The notes below the pieces were generated by a model that was not told the origin of the DNA, did not search any database, and saw only the letters and a program-made list of their open reading frames with translations. This document shows, in pieces, positions 42,522-57,245 of a stretch of DNA of 64,000 nt; within the stretch, counting starts at the first letter, position 1, and the number at the start of each line of letters is the position of its first letter. The DNA is taken from NCBI RefSeq assembly GCF_009914755.1, contig NC_060926.1; one strand, written 5' to 3'. The translations under genes and the position numbers were made by a program. This DNA is from the human T2T-CHM13v2.0 reference genome, Homo sapiens.

Positions 42522-44220
42522 TAGGAGTGGCCCTGGGTGTAGGAGGCTGAGATTTCCTGTTAGCTGCGCCCAGCTCTGGTCTGGCCACCCTCATCATGGA
42601 TCCTAATGTCCTTGCAGGTTCTCTAATGTGACACTGCTGAAGAATCAAATACCAATGTCAGTTCAATAGCACCCTGATGATTTACTCCTGGATCCAACTG
42701 CACATGTTCACCTCATCATCATTCTACAAGGAGCAGAGGCCACAAGGATGGTCAGGGCTGAAGGAGGAAAGGAAGCTGCCACCTCTGAGGTACCTAATTG
42801 ATACGTAGTAGACTCTTTGTGGGTGTGGCCTTACAACAACTGTGGAAAGTAAATAGGATTTTCATCAGCTTTTTAGAACTAAATATTTTATCTATGATAA
42901 AAGAACGGAATGATTATTATAGAAATATGAAGTGGTGGTGGGGAGTAAAAGATTACCTATAAATCTACCTCCTAGGAATCACTGCTAATACAGCAGTTGC
43001 TGGTTTCCTCCTGGCCCTTTATCCACGTGAACCTAATTGAAATCACATTGGCTACCTTTCCTACTCAATATTAGACCAGAAACATCTCTCCTATGCTACT
43101 TCATACGCTTCAAAGCTTAGGAGAAAAATGCTTCTCTCTTCCTTGTACATTTTATATGGTGGAGAGAGAATATGTGTTCCACTCCTAGGGACAGACACTG
43201 TGGGAGAGATTCTTCCAGCATTGCTGATCGATTCACTCCATTACGAAAATTGAGAAAAGGACAGAGGCAGAGACCTCCTCTTTCTGGTCCCTTTATCTGG
43301 GTGTCAAAAAAATCAAGAAGTAACAATAAAATCTTATTATTTTAGGTAGATAAAAAAAAACAAATATTCAGCAGAAGGAGTTAAAGACTATTGTTGCGTC
43401 TGGAGACAGGTGACCAGGGGAACTGTTGTTTTTCTTAACAAGCGTTGTTGAACTATTTGTCTTTTTAATCCATGTGTAACTTTGATTAAAATGAAACAAA
43501 CTCAAAGAGGAAGACAAGGCATGATTTATTGATCTAACAGTAAACGCAGTGTGTTATTAACTTTGTAAATGTCGTTTTTAATGGCTATATATTACCCGAT
43601 TGTGTGACTATACTACAATTTATTTTTCTATTTTCCTGCTATTGAACATGTTGTTTTTTCCAAACTGTGTTTTTTAGATAGTATTGTGATGAACAACCCT
43701 GTGCATAAAGCTTTTTCTGTATTTGAGATATTCCTCATAAGAAAATGACAGTGTTCACCCTATATGAGTGCTTATTTTACCATACTCTAATCAGCTTTGA
43801 TTAAAATCCTTTTTTACCTCAATTAGGTAATGTATGAAAAATTATTTTCCTTTTCAGCAGTTGAGAAAATGAAAGCTCAGAGACCTCCAACTTTTCTTAG
43901 TGTGTGCAAGGTTAATAAGTGGCAGAGCTGGCTTTTAAGCCTGTTCTATCTGATTGCCAAATCCTTATCCCCTCCACTTCTGGCCTCTCAGTAGAAAGGC
44001 CAGGTAGAAAGAATGAAATGTCAGGAGAGCTGCATCCCAATCCAGCCTTTTCCATTTTCTAACTAGTACTCTTTTAGTCCCAATTTCCTTGTCTATAAAA
44101 CACAGTTACCACCCGCCACCACCCTACAAAGAGCTATAAGTACAAAATAAGATCATGAATATGAGGACTCTTAGAAAATTCTAGAAAATTCCATTTGATT
44201 ATAGGCTTCAAAAAGGCATG

Positions 44221-44538
44221 GGCCAGCCAGATGTGGTGGCTTATGCCTATAATCCCAGCACTTTGTGGGGCCAACTCAGGAGGATCACTTGAGGCCATGC
44301 ATTTGAGACCAGCCTGGGCAAGAAAGCAGGACCCTATCTCTATGAAAAATTTAAAATTTTTAAAAATTAGCTTGACATGGTGGTGAGCACCTGTAGTTAT
44401 ATCTACTTAGGAGGCTGAAATGAGAGGATCTCTTGAGCCCAGGAGGTCAAGGCTGCAATGGGCTGTGATCACACCACTGCACTCCAGCCTGAGCGACAGA
44501 GAAAGACCCTGTTTCCAAAAAATAAATAAATAATTTTT
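44221..44538 (+). mobile_element. AluJ
   Basis: ttgagcccaggaggtcaaggctgca; TSD aaaaggcatg. Confidence 0.93.
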
Positions 44539-44819
44539 AAAAGGCATGGGCCTCACATTCTGTTTCCTAGAGAGAGAAAGAGAGAGATCTCACATTTATT
44601 TAGCATTTACCTATGGCAGTTACTTTAAGTGCTTTATATGAATTATATTATTCAATCCTCCTAACAGCCCAATGAGTTAGATATTGTGGTTTCTATTTTA
44701 GAGATGAAAAACTAAGGCTATGCTCCATAACCAGTAAATGGTGGAGATAAGCTTGAATCCAGGAGATCTGGCTCTAGAGCTTGAGCTCCTATTGTTTTAA
44801 AATGTAGTTATCATTATTA

Positions 44820-45176
44820 CCGATGCTCCCCAACTTACAATGACTTGACTTAACTTTTTTACTTTACAATGGCACAAAAGAGATTCACTTTCATTAGAAA
44901 CTCTACTTTGAGTACCCATCCAACTATTCTCGTTTTCCCTTTCAATACAGTATTCAATAAATTACATGAGATATTCACCACTTTATTATAAAATAGGTTC
45001 AGTGTTATTGCCCTACTGTAGGCTGATGTAAGTGTTCTGAGCACATTTCAGGTAGGCTAGGCTAGGCTATGAGGTTCAGTAGGTTAAGTGCATTAAATGC
45101 ATTTTCTATTTATGATATTTTCAACTTACAATGGGTCTATTGGGACATAACCACATCATAAGTTGAGAAGCATCTG
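44820..45176 (-). mobile_element. MER47A-like TcMar-Tigger MITE, full length
   Basis: TIRs ccgatgctccccaactta / taagttgagaagcatctg, flanked by TA. Confidence 0.85.
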
Positions 45177-45189
45177 TATTATTATTATT

Positions 45190-46018
45190 ACTAGGCCAAC
45201 AGATCAGAAGATGACTGCCATTGAGAAGATATGTTGTTACTCACAGTTCCCAAGAGGAAGGGGCATGAGAGGCCATGCAGAGTCACATGAGGAAGCAGCA
45301 GCATTGGTCAGAAGGCAAAGGAAGTGAGGGGAAAGCATGGACAAGAGCTTTATTGTAGCTTTTTTTTTTTTTTTTTTGAGACAGAGTCTTGCTTTGTTGA
45401 CCAGGTTGGAGTGCAGTGGCACGATCTCGGCTTACTGCAACCTCCGCCTCCTGGGTTCAAGTGATTCTCTTGCCTCAGCCTCCTAAGTAACTGGGATTAA
45501 AGATGCACACCACCACGCTTGCCTAATTTTTTTTTTTTTTTTTTTTTTTAGTAGAGACTGGGTTTCACCATGTTGGTCAGGCTGGTCTCAAACTCCTGAC
45601 TTCGTGATCCGCCCGCCTGGGCCTCCCAAAGTGCTGGGATTACAGGCGTGAGCCACTGCCCCTGGCCTGCTTTATTGTAGTTTTGCATGAAGGAATGGGT
45701 GAGGCAGGGTAAGCAAGCTAGGCAACTTTAGGATTGGCTAGTTGAAATAGTTTCCATGGGGTCCCAGGGTGGAAGGACTGCCCCCAGTTGCCTGGTTCCT
45801 AAGACTGGGGTGATTATAGCACGGGGATAGTAGCTCAAACTGAGAGCTCCATAAAGGAGGCATTGGCAGGTATGGGGTCTGGATTGGTTGGTTTGCATAT
45901 AAAAGGTGTGCTATATCTAGGAATTAGCTAGTTCTGGAGGAACAGTCTCTCCAGGATCAGCAAGGCTCCACATGCCAGAGCATCAAGAATACAGAAAATA
46001 AAGAACATAGTTAATACA
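45190..46018 (-). mobile_element. ERVL LTR (MER76-like), split by Alu
   Basis: actgccattg..aagata..ttgttactcacagttcccaagagg...ggattggctag...ttaataca. Confidence 0.65.
45360..45667 (-). mobile_element. AluS
   Basis: Antisense dimer; TSD gctttattgtag (45347-45358, 45669-45680). Confidence 0.95.
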
Positions 46019-46114
46019 CTTATGCACTAACCAGAACTGCCTGCGCTGTAGCTGGGATGGTTATCATCATCACCATCATCAAGGACCATTATAACGATAA
46101 AAATTTCCTGTTCT

Positions 46115-46230
46115 TATCCAAATGTAAGGTCCATGGGACAGAGACTATGTAGCACGCAGCACAATGCCTGGCACACAGTAGCCTTCAGGACAGATTTGTT
46201 GAATGAATGAATGAATGAATGAATGAGCGA
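46115..46230 (+). mobile_element. L2 3' end with (GAAT)n tail
   Basis: gcacaatgcctggcacacagtag...tttgttgaatgaatgaatgaat. Confidence 0.8.
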
Positions 46231-49200
46231 ATGGTCCCATGCCCCTGGTAAGCCTAGGACTTTATGCACCGTGAAGGACACATGGGTGTAGGTGCTTAAT
46301 ACATAGATTATTTCTTCATCAGGTAAGCAAGAAAAATGAGGAGAATACCATGGAAATAGCCAAGATCTAGAACAATGTGCTTAAGAAGAGCTCTTCCTAA
46401 AGAAACCCAGATAGTGTTCAGATTTCATCTAGTGAAGATCTCAAGAATGCCCAAGAATTCTTGACTTTGTCTTTAGAAAATCTAGATGACCCCTCTCTGG
46501 ACAAGAAGTCTGCTCTCAGTCTTCTTTCTCCAGTGGCCAGATGTCTTCCTTATTAAACCATATGGAGAACACACTCAGAAGATTCTGGCTTTTCTTTAAT
46601 CCTCACATAACCGCCCTCATCACCAAATTCATCACAAGCATCTTTATTCATTTACATTTATTCATACACTGAAGAGAGCTTATTGTGCACATTAATTTGG
46701 AGTCATCTCATTCATAGATTACAAATGTCTTCAAGGACAACACAACTACTTAACACATTTCAACCACTTATCGAAATTGGGGACTCCAGGAGTTGACAGG
46801 TGGGAGGCTAAATACAGCTTTTGGGTAGGCATTCCGAGCCCTAAGAAGATTCCATGGTGCTGTGTCATGCAAGCAACACTACGACAGATTGGAGGAGTTT
46901 CTCAGTGCTATGGGGAAAACCAGGAAGAGGACTCCCTGCCCTCAAGGAGTTTACAAAGAATAAATAACAATTAAAACAAACCAAAACAAAAAACCCAGAT
47001 GTACAGGATTTAATATTGCCAACATGAAGTGACAAATACATTTTAAGAGGATCATTGACAAGGAAAACATGAGAACAGCAAAATAATACAGCACACACCA
47101 CCCCCTTCTTCAGAAGTTCCCATCCTTCCCCTACCCCCTCAAGCAGCCTGGCCTCCCATCCCATCTCTGTAGTGCCAGTGGGATGTCCGATCCTGCCTCC
47201 CATCTCTTCTCCCTGTCCAGCCTGTTAAATAGGCACTAACGAACTCTACAAACTGCTCCTTTGAAGAAAACAAGAACCAATGACTATAGAAAATTAGAAG
47301 GGCTGGGACAAAGGAAAGAAAGATGAGGCTTCAACCAGGAAGGGAGCAGAAGGGCTCACCCCTTCTGCAGAGACTGTCATGGCCACTTCCTTTCCCAGCC
47401 TATTCCAAAAACATCTCTCCACATTTGTTCAGGGATGGCTGTTGCCATGGCTACTGGTGACAGATGCTTTTTGAATGTGGTATTTGAAGAGCTCTTCAAT
47501 TTGGGATCTGACCTGGAACAGGTGGCTATTTTTAGCCACACACTGCTCAATATATCCTTTAGAAAAGTCAGTTCTTCGCTTTGTATTTAAATGTTGCCTT
47601 ACTCCACACTCCCCCATTTGGTTGCCCAAGTGGCTTAAAGTATTTATGGGAATTTTTATTCACTGTTACCACAACATGAAAGACACGACAAAGACCTCAA
47701 GATGCAGCTGTAAATGCTATATTTCAGGTGTAGAACACTCAGGGGAAGCCAATACAAGCCCTGAGTAGAAGATGTCAGCTTTATGAGAGAAAGGATTGTC
47801 CTCTCCAGAGCAACTCTGAGGGTTGATTCCTCATTTGATATTCAGAAGTGCTGCCACCACCTTGCTCTGGAGTTCCTGTGCTGGTCTTGTCATTTTGGTG
47901 CATTCTCCATTGTGCCTGAATTTGTGCTATTATTTATAAAGTGATACTTAGGATTCTGCATTTATTCCACGCATGTGTGAAGGCAATAGTGTGTAATGAG
48001 AAGAGTTTTAGATGTCACCCACCTCCAAATTAGCTTGATATTAAAGTCTTTGTATGATGTGGCCCCAAGTTATCTTCCTAAACCTACTTACTTTTCAAAT
48101 ATCTCAGCCCTGAAGCCTGAAATCCCTAGGGTTTTCTCCAAACATACAGTGTATTTCCACTGGAAATTTTACACATTTTCTGATGCCCATCTCAAACTTC
48201 ACATGCCCAGTAATTCATCTTTGTGCCATCTCTCTCTACCCCTTAGTTAAAAGCATTCAGGCATTCCCTCCTTCCTCTTGGATCTCATTATATTTCATAT
48301 ATAAATGTATTAGAGCTTGAAGCATTGAACACAGCTCCTGGTGCTGTGTTATTTGGGCATCTCTTAACTTCCTGATGACTCCTGGAAGCTTCATAAAACT
48401 ACAGAGGGAAGTTTTTCTCCATATTGCTTCTCTAGTGCCTGATTCAGTGCCTTGCATAGAGTAGAAACTCAAGAAGTATTTGTGGAACTAAATTGCTATA
48501 TAAAAGTCTTCAGACCGGGATTGTAGTGCCACCTCTGTCAGTGATCTTGAACTTTAAGTTTTCCAGATCTCAGTTTCCTTATCTGTAAAAAGAAATTATG
48601 ATACATATTTTGCTTTCCCCACAATTTTATCATAAGAGCTAGACCAGCTTTACCTTATAAATGGCACCTCCTGAGATGAAAGCACATGTTTCCCCCAAGA
48701 AATGAGAAAAAAGAGAAAAGTAAGAAAATACTATAGGACTACCAGGGCTATTCAAGCTAGATACTAGAGCTATAGGAAATACTGGAGAAATTCAAGCAGG
48801 CTATCCAAAAAGAGAAATAAAGAAAAAGTAGGGTTGAGGTGGAAGATGAAGAGGAGGGTAGGAGGAGCTGGAGGGCCTAGATAGGAAACCATACTACAGT
48901 CCCAAACCACATGGGAAGCAGAGGGCTATGGAGCAGGAATAGATGCTGATAGGAATGATAATGTGAGGGTTTGGAGAGGCACAGCTCAGATCCACTTTCT
49001 CATGTGCTGGCCAATGCTTCATTGGAACAGGAGTCTCCAAGTCCATAAGAAGGGAAATCAGATGGAAAAGGGCCCCAGTCAAAGCCAGAAGAACTGCTCA
49101 GAGATGGAATCCAGAAATTTAAATGCCATGAGGGATTTTGATTCGTATATACTCTGAGACATTCTTTGAGAAACCCTGAGCCACAGAAACTAAGACAAAT

Positions 49201-49767
49201 CAAAGCTAAGAAACATATGTGTTAACTATTGCTGGAATAAAAAAACCTCAGAAATAGGTAAGTGGCAATAGAAATAATGTATTAATATAGCCCAAGAAAT
49301 AGGAAAGAGACAAAGAAAGCAAAGGTAAGAGGGCGAAAAAAAGACTTGAAGGAAAAAAGATGTTAACAAAGTACTGGTAAAGCAGGACTTAAGCCAGATA
49401 CACAGGGAACAAGTGCATAATTATGCAGAAGTCTAGAAAGAAAAACTGGACGTGGGTTGGTTTTCATTTTTCAAGGCTGAGGATGAATAGAGAAAGTCAT
49501 TATTTCTCAAGGAGCTGAGTTTACTGTTTGCTTTAAGGATGGCAGTCATGCAGGGAGAAGTTTTTAGGAGCATACGTCTAACTTTGGACCAAGAGACACC
49601 ACTGATCCTGAAACCCGCTGAAATAATAACCAAGGAAAAAAGAGAAGTCACATGAGACAGAACAGTCAGTGAGATTCAAAAGAGTAAGTCATGCAGTAGT
49701 GGACAAGTAAAGAACAAGTCAGATGGGCGCTGGCTGCAGTGGTCAGCACGGGCTCAGGGCAGGCGAT

Positions 49768-49788
49768 CTCAGGACCACGGATAGCTCT
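49768..49788 (+). promoter_or_regulatory. RE1/NRSE (REST)-like site
   Basis: CTCAGGACCACGGATAGCTCT versus consensus TTCAGCACCACGGACAGCGCC, canonical spacing. Confidence 0.5.
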
Positions 49789-49969
49789 GTGCCTGCTCCA
49801 TGTCTGGGAAAAGGCTGGCCTTCTAACCTAATGCTACCTTGACTGGTTTCACTGCCTGGGTCCCATTTTGGATATTAAAAGGACCTGCTCACCCATTTAA
49901 GATAGAAGTCTTTGGATCTGGGGAATAGTTGTTCTCTATCTGGTGGCCTTTGATAACTGTTCAGAGGTG

Positions 49970-50220
49970 GTATGAGAGAATGGAAGGAAGGACTACTGGA
50001 CTTGGAATGCAGAGGTCTGGGTTTTGCACTCAGCATTGCACTTGCTAGCTGTGTAGCCTTGGTGAAGGGAAACTTAGTAAAGCTCTGTTTTCTCCTCTGT
50101 AAAATGGGGTTAATAGGGTTCTCCCTGCTTCCTATAAAGGAAAATTTGGGGAAATCAAATAAGATTATGCACGTGAAAGCACTTCTAAACTGTAAAGCCC
50201 TAGCTAAATATGTAAAGTTG
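49970..50220 (+). mobile_element. MIR SINE
   Basis: cacttgctagctgtgtagccttgg...tctgtaaaatgggg...gtgaaagcactt. Confidence 0.75.
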
Positions 50221-50579
50221 TTAAAATTAACTTCCTAACAAGGGAATAAAAGGGTTCCATAGAACTCTGCAGGGTCAGGAGACAGGGCTGATAGTCCAAA
50301 GGTATGTCAGAGCCCAACATCTCATAAATAGCAATAAAGTCCAGAAAGGAATGTGAATTTTCAAAAGCAGTGGGAGGTTGGTGGGAAGATGAACAAAGGT
50401 GAAAGAGAAACAGGAAAAAGTAAAAGAATGAATTTGCAAATATTCATGACTTTCTCCCCAAAAGCTGATTATTTTATGTAAATTTATGGATAAAATCTGA
50501 AACAAGCTAAAATATCAAATATGTAAAATAAATTTCGGAAGAATCCAAAACAATTTCAATAATCAAATGTCTTTCTGCA

Positions 50580-50962
<383 letters not shown>

Positions 50963-51144
50963 TTATTATTAAAAAGTAACATGTTATCATTATAGAAAAA
51001 AATCAGAAGAAATAAGACCAAAAGATAATTAAAAATATTCTCAAAAACCTGTGAACCCAAAGACAATCTTCCAAATGCTCTCCTAACTCTTCCATGCACA
51101 TAGAAGGAACTGGGTTCACTTACATATACTTACATATATATATG

Positions 51145-51385
51145 GAGTTAGTGCAGTGGCTAAACCTGTGTGTTCTGCTGCCAAAGTCTCTCAGTTCAGT
51201 CCCCAGGTTTCCTAAATATTGACTGTATATCTCCGGGAAAGTTAATCTCTTTAAGCCTCTGTTTCCTAATCCATGGCAATGGGTTTTAATAATAGTACCT
51301 ACACTAAAACCTATTGTTAGAATTAAGTAAAATAATATATTTAAAATACTTTATACAATGCCTGGAATATAATAGGTACATAGTA
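51145..51385 (+). mobile_element. MIR SINE
   Basis: aagcctctgtttcct...aataatagtacctac...acaatgcctgg. Confidence 0.75.
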
Positions 51386-51964
51386 ATAATGACAACATTG
51401 TTAAGGAATAATAATATTATCAAGTAATATATACTTATAGATTTACATGGTGTCATCACAATACTATAATATTTAATGATAGTAATGTTACTACTGCTTA
51501 TATTATTTTAATATTAATAATAAAGATAGCTAATCTTTGTACTTATCCTTAATTATATCTATAAGATAAATTTCCAGAAATAGAATTTCTGCATCAAAGT
51601 AAGAATGTAAATATTTTAGAGCAATGTCATATTTTAAAGGTAGAGAGAGGAATTCAGTAGTCATAGGGAAGAGGGACAGGTGTTAAAAATGAAAAGTAAC
51701 ATATGGATGAAAGGATTTAGGATTCATTGCTATTAAACTATGAGTGAGCAAATCCTAGAAGCCAGCAGTACTACCTCTGGGAATATGCTACAGAAATAAT
51801 TGCATGAATATATATATATATGTGCAAGAATGTTCATTGCAGTACCATTTATAAGAAAAAACTGAAAGCAACCTAATTATCTCATTGATAGGAGAGCGAT
51901 TATATCTACATAGGAGAATGTTTATATAGATATGTACATAGGAGAACAAATCATCAATAAATGA

Positions 51965-52500
51965 ATCATGCTATGCTTCCTGTCTGTCACTCCACTTTCT
52001 CCTGTAACATTGTATCAGGAACCCACTGCAAAGTTAACACATGTAGTTTTACCTTTTTCTTTTTAATGGCTATATAATATTCTCCTTTATGAATATGTAT
52101 ATATGTAAAGTTGAATATACATATATGTATACATACACACATATCCATAAAGCTGAATATACATATATGTATATATATACACGTATGTATTCTATGTGTG
52201 TATATACATATATACATACATATACATATATTATTTATACATACATATTTATAAAGTTGAATATACTTATATGTATATATACACACATCCATAGAGTTGA
52301 ATATACATATATGTATATATACACACATATCCATAAAGTTGAATATACATATATGTATATATACATACATATTCATACAGTTGAATATTATATAGCCATT
52401 AAAAAGAAAAAGATAAAGCTACATATGTTAACTTTGTAATGAGTTCCTGATACAATGTTATGGGATGGACTGGAGTGATAGACAGGAAGCATAGCATGAT
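51965..52500. repeat. Inverted repeat with 136-bp arms
   Basis: 51965-52100 is the reverse complement of 52365-52500, ungapped, 16 mismatches by my count. Confidence 0.95.
52106..52390. repeat. ~42-bp AT-rich minisatellite
   Basis: Unit taaagttgaatatacatatatgtatatatacacacatatcca, about 5 copies. Confidence 0.9.
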
Positions 52501-53818
52501 CTTATTTTATGTGGCAAATTTAAAGGATGCAGGAGTCAGGGCTTGCTAGTTACATGTGTGAGCAAAGGAACCAATCTAGATAATGCATATGAAAAGTATT
52601 TGAAACTGTGAAGTGCTGCACAGGTTGTTTTTCTTTTTTTTAGTCCCAATAATGTGACATAAACTTACCAAAAGAAGAGAGAGAAATGGGCTACTAAGAG
52701 GCACAGGATATGTATGAACTAGAGGTTTGTTACAAAACAAAAGCCATCCCTTTTCTGATCATTGAGTCCTGGTGTTAAAGCAGTAGAGATGCTTGAGAAA
52801 TTATCTTATCCAGCACTTTGCCTTTAGGGAAAGTATGTTTATGCTGTAAGTGGAAAAACTGAGGTATACAGAGCTAAGTGACCCAAAGACACATGGTTCA
52901 TGGGAGTGGGGTGATGACCAAGATTCTCTTTCCTGATCGAAATGGAATTCTCAAAATCTTGGAAACTTGGCAAGATCAAATAGGGAATATGCAAATTCCT
53001 ACTGAAATAGGAAGAAATTAAAACCATAATAGGAATCATTAAGGGGAAAGGAGACTCTCCCCTTTCAAAATGCCACAAAGAAGTAGGACATGTTAAAACT
53101 ACATTAAAAATACTCAAAAGGAGGCACCAAGCCAAGGACTTTAAATAACAAAAATAGCTCTCCCCTTTTGCAGGAGTGATCAATGCAGAGCATCTTTTCC
53201 CCTATAAAGGTGAAGAAAATGGAGCAGAAATAGTAAAAATCAAAGAACAAAGAGGAAAGTCTCCACAAACCTTACTCATGGAATGAGTAAAGAAAGCAAA
53301 GGTTAATCAAGAAAAACAATAATAGCTATTAATAACAGAAGACAAAAAGAAAGACGAGTATGGGACATAGCGGAGAGAGGTCCAAAAGGTAGTCTTCCTC
53401 CCAGAGAGCCACCGCAGGTGGTCACAGCAGACATCGCTGCTCAAGAGAGCAGTGCCACAAGGCTGATGAAAGGGGCGACGCTCTTCAGTCCTGTAACTTT
53501 ACTGCTGAGACCTCACAGTGGACCTCTAGACCCCACTGGACCACATGATTTCCTACAAATGTAGCAAAGTACGAAAAAAAAATGGTTCAATGATCAACTG
53601 GTACGGTGAAGTGGTGTTAATTTAAAACAATGCAGGGATGCTGGGAAGGAAATCAATCACTTGAGGAGGGAGAGCTTGTGAAAACTTAGGTGGACACAGA
53701 ATCTCTGCAGCTTTCCCATCTTTTGAGTTTTCACTTCTCTGCTCCAGCTCAGTGAAACTCTCTGTACTTCCTCACCTGAGAGGGCCATTAGCAGCACCAT
53801 GCCTCTCCTCAGAGCATG

Positions 53819-54021
53819 AATTTTCCTATTTATGCAGAGAAAAACAATAGACCCTTTTCAAATGGTACCTAAAACAAAGACTAGCAACAACTTTGGAAAA
53901 ATAAATCCAACCCCATTCTCAAACACTCAAAATGCAGTAATTACCAAAATATGAGTATAATTTTCCTATTTGTGCAGAGAAAGACAGTTGACCCTTTTCA
54001 AATGGAACCTAAAATAAAGAC
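53819..54021. repeat. 63-bp direct repeat with 140-bp period
   Basis: 53819-53881 versus 53959-54021, 6 mismatches. Confidence 0.92.
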
Positions 54022-54489
54022 AGAGAGAGAGCTTGTGAAACTCTTCAAGTTTAAACGGGTAACTAAGGCTTAAACGGGTGTGGCTGTCAGAGCCTAGTGA
54101 GAAGTCAGTATGCTGCTATTACATACATTTCAACCCCACCTTGTTAAATTTGCCTGAAGTACATTCAGGAGTTGGTTCAGTCTCAGTGCTGCTCTGCGGA
54201 TCCATTGTTCTACACTCAGGTCTTGGGCTGAGTCTCCAAAGAGTCCCATCAACCATCTTCCAAGGAGTGGCTTGTCTTCAAATGAACTCTTGCACAAGAG
54301 ACAAACTTCTCAGCCTCTTCTAAACCTCACAGCCCCAGGTTGAAAAGATTGCTTTCTATTTCAGTCCCAGAATCACCTAAGTTTCACTCCTCAAGTAGCC
54401 AACGCCTCTTGCACACCCACCTAAGTGCTTTTGGGGGACCCCATTCTCAGGGGATAGAATTTACTAATTTTTAAAATTTTAATATGCCT

Positions 54490-55360
<871 letters not shown>

Positions 55361-56559
55361 TCATCACCGATGAAGAAAACCAAAGTCTTGTCCCATCCGA
55401 AGTCCAGGATCACTGGCTACTGTGCGAACTCCCTCTCAGGTCTGCATGCGCTTCTCATGACCATGGTCCATAAGTTGAAAAGACAGCTTACCTGCCCTAA
55501 TGCCTCTGATACACAAAGGTGAGAGAGAAACCAGAAAACCACATAAAAACTCCAACTCAACTCAAAAAAAAGAAAAAATGGGAAATGCACATTGGACCAC
55601 AGACCTAACAAATCCTACTGGTCACAAAAAAAGAGAAGTTTCTGCCCTGGCAGTAAAGTAAAATTCCTAGCCAACCAATCTGGCAGGCAGGCTCTAGGTC
55701 TGCTTTCTGGGAGGAAATTCCTTGCCCTTTATTCTTTGTTGCTATATCCTCACAAAAATTCTCCGTGGCAAAAATGGTTGATATTCTTATACCTATTCTA
55801 AAGATTAGAAAATTGAGGCCCAGAGAGTAACTTTACCCAAAGTCATACAGAATCCAAGCTCAGATCATTCGATTGCTGAGCATCTGCCGTTACTATCCCG
55901 TGATAAAGTTTCTCTAACAAAACAGGAGTTGTATTCTAAGAGCCCAGGAGTTCACTTCGAAAAAGAGGTAGAAAGAAGTAAAAAGCTAAAAAGAAAGGAA
56001 ATATTTTTAAAGGGTCATTTAGAATTAATCCGAGAAAACAAGACATTTGAAGCAACATTTGCTGGCAGAGGTTTTCTTTTATAGAATATAGTCAAGGTCC
56101 TTCTAGTGGTGCTATGGCCCCAAAAAGGAGGATGAGTTCGGCCTGAGAGAGAGGCTGTTCCCCAGGAGGATGCCCTTTTTCCTGCTAAAGAAGGAACAGA
56201 AAGAGGGCCAGCATGAGCCATTTAAGCCATCTTAGGGTTGTGATGACTTGCTTGTATAGTGGAAAGAAAAGTAGGTACCGCTGGAAGCCAAATTCTGACT
56301 CTACCATTGCAAAGGTATCAGGAAGGGAGAGTTTCACTGAGGAGAAAACAGGTTCCAGATGGCACAGGGGAAACCCATGGGCCCATCTCCAGGATTTAAC
56401 TTTAAAATATTCCTGGGCTGGCTGCCTCAATAGAGGCTCAATGACCCACCTTTGCCTCAGAGGGCTTAAGAAGGAAATCTCAAAAGGGAATATTGTGAAG
56501 CCTTACACAGTAGATGCTGGTGTTCTAGAGAGAAGGAGGTTTTTAAATCCTCTTAAGTT

Positions 56560-56690
56560 TTTCAAGATGGAAAAAGTTCCAAAGATTGCACAACAATGTG
56601 GATATACTTAATACTACTGAACTGTACACTTACAAGGTTAAGATAATACATTTTATAATATGTTTATTTTAATGTTACCAAAAATCTTAA
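56560..56690 (+). mobile_element. L1MB-type 3' end fragment
   Basis: gcacaacaatgtg..tatacttaatactactgaactgtacactt...ggttaagat. Confidence 0.8.
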
Positions 56691-57245
56691 AAGGCTCCTT
56701 ACAAAGCAAAAGGAAAATAAAAAGGAAGAGGGTCAACCCAGTACTGTCCCAGAGAATGTCTTATCACTAAGAATTGTGTCAGAATGTCACCTTTGAATTT
56801 CAGAGGCATTTTTACACATCTTCCATTTGATCCTTACAACCATCTTGGTGGGTGAATACAGATGTTTATTATCCCCATTTTATGCATGTGCTACTTGAGA
56901 CTGGAATGAAGGTCTAGTCCAAAGAGGCAAAAGCTGGAATTATATAGGTCTAGTGATTTCACAGCCAAGTGGTTTTCCAATAATGCTGTGTTCCTAGTTA
57001 GTTAGAAAGATGTGAAAGTGCATTGAAGAGATTAGGAACTGACATTGATAGGCACCCACCCCATACCAGGCACAAGTCTCTATGCATCACTATCTCTTTA
57101 AGTCTTACCACAAGCCTACTTTCGGATCTACTAGTATCCTGATTTTACTGGGAATCAGGGAACTGAAGCTCAAAGAGATTAAATAACTTCCCTAAGATTT
57201 CCCAGCTAATAATTAAAGAGCTGAATTCAAGACAACATAATATTG

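Larger units (their letters stand above)
51740..52510 (+). mobile_element. Old L1M (L1ME-type) fragment, rearranged
   Basis: caagaatgttcattgcag...actgaaagcaacctaa...gaatattatatagccattaaaaag. Confidence 0.65.

Noticed and set aside
52106-52390. CRISPR-like repeat-spacer array
   Set aside because: Units are contiguous AT-rich minisatellite copies without unique spacers; eukaryotic context and no cas genes
51987-52439. Two antiparallel ORFs with similar C-termini (YYIAIKKKK.KLH.LTL)
   Set aside because: Artefact of the inverted repeat and minisatellite, not a gene pair
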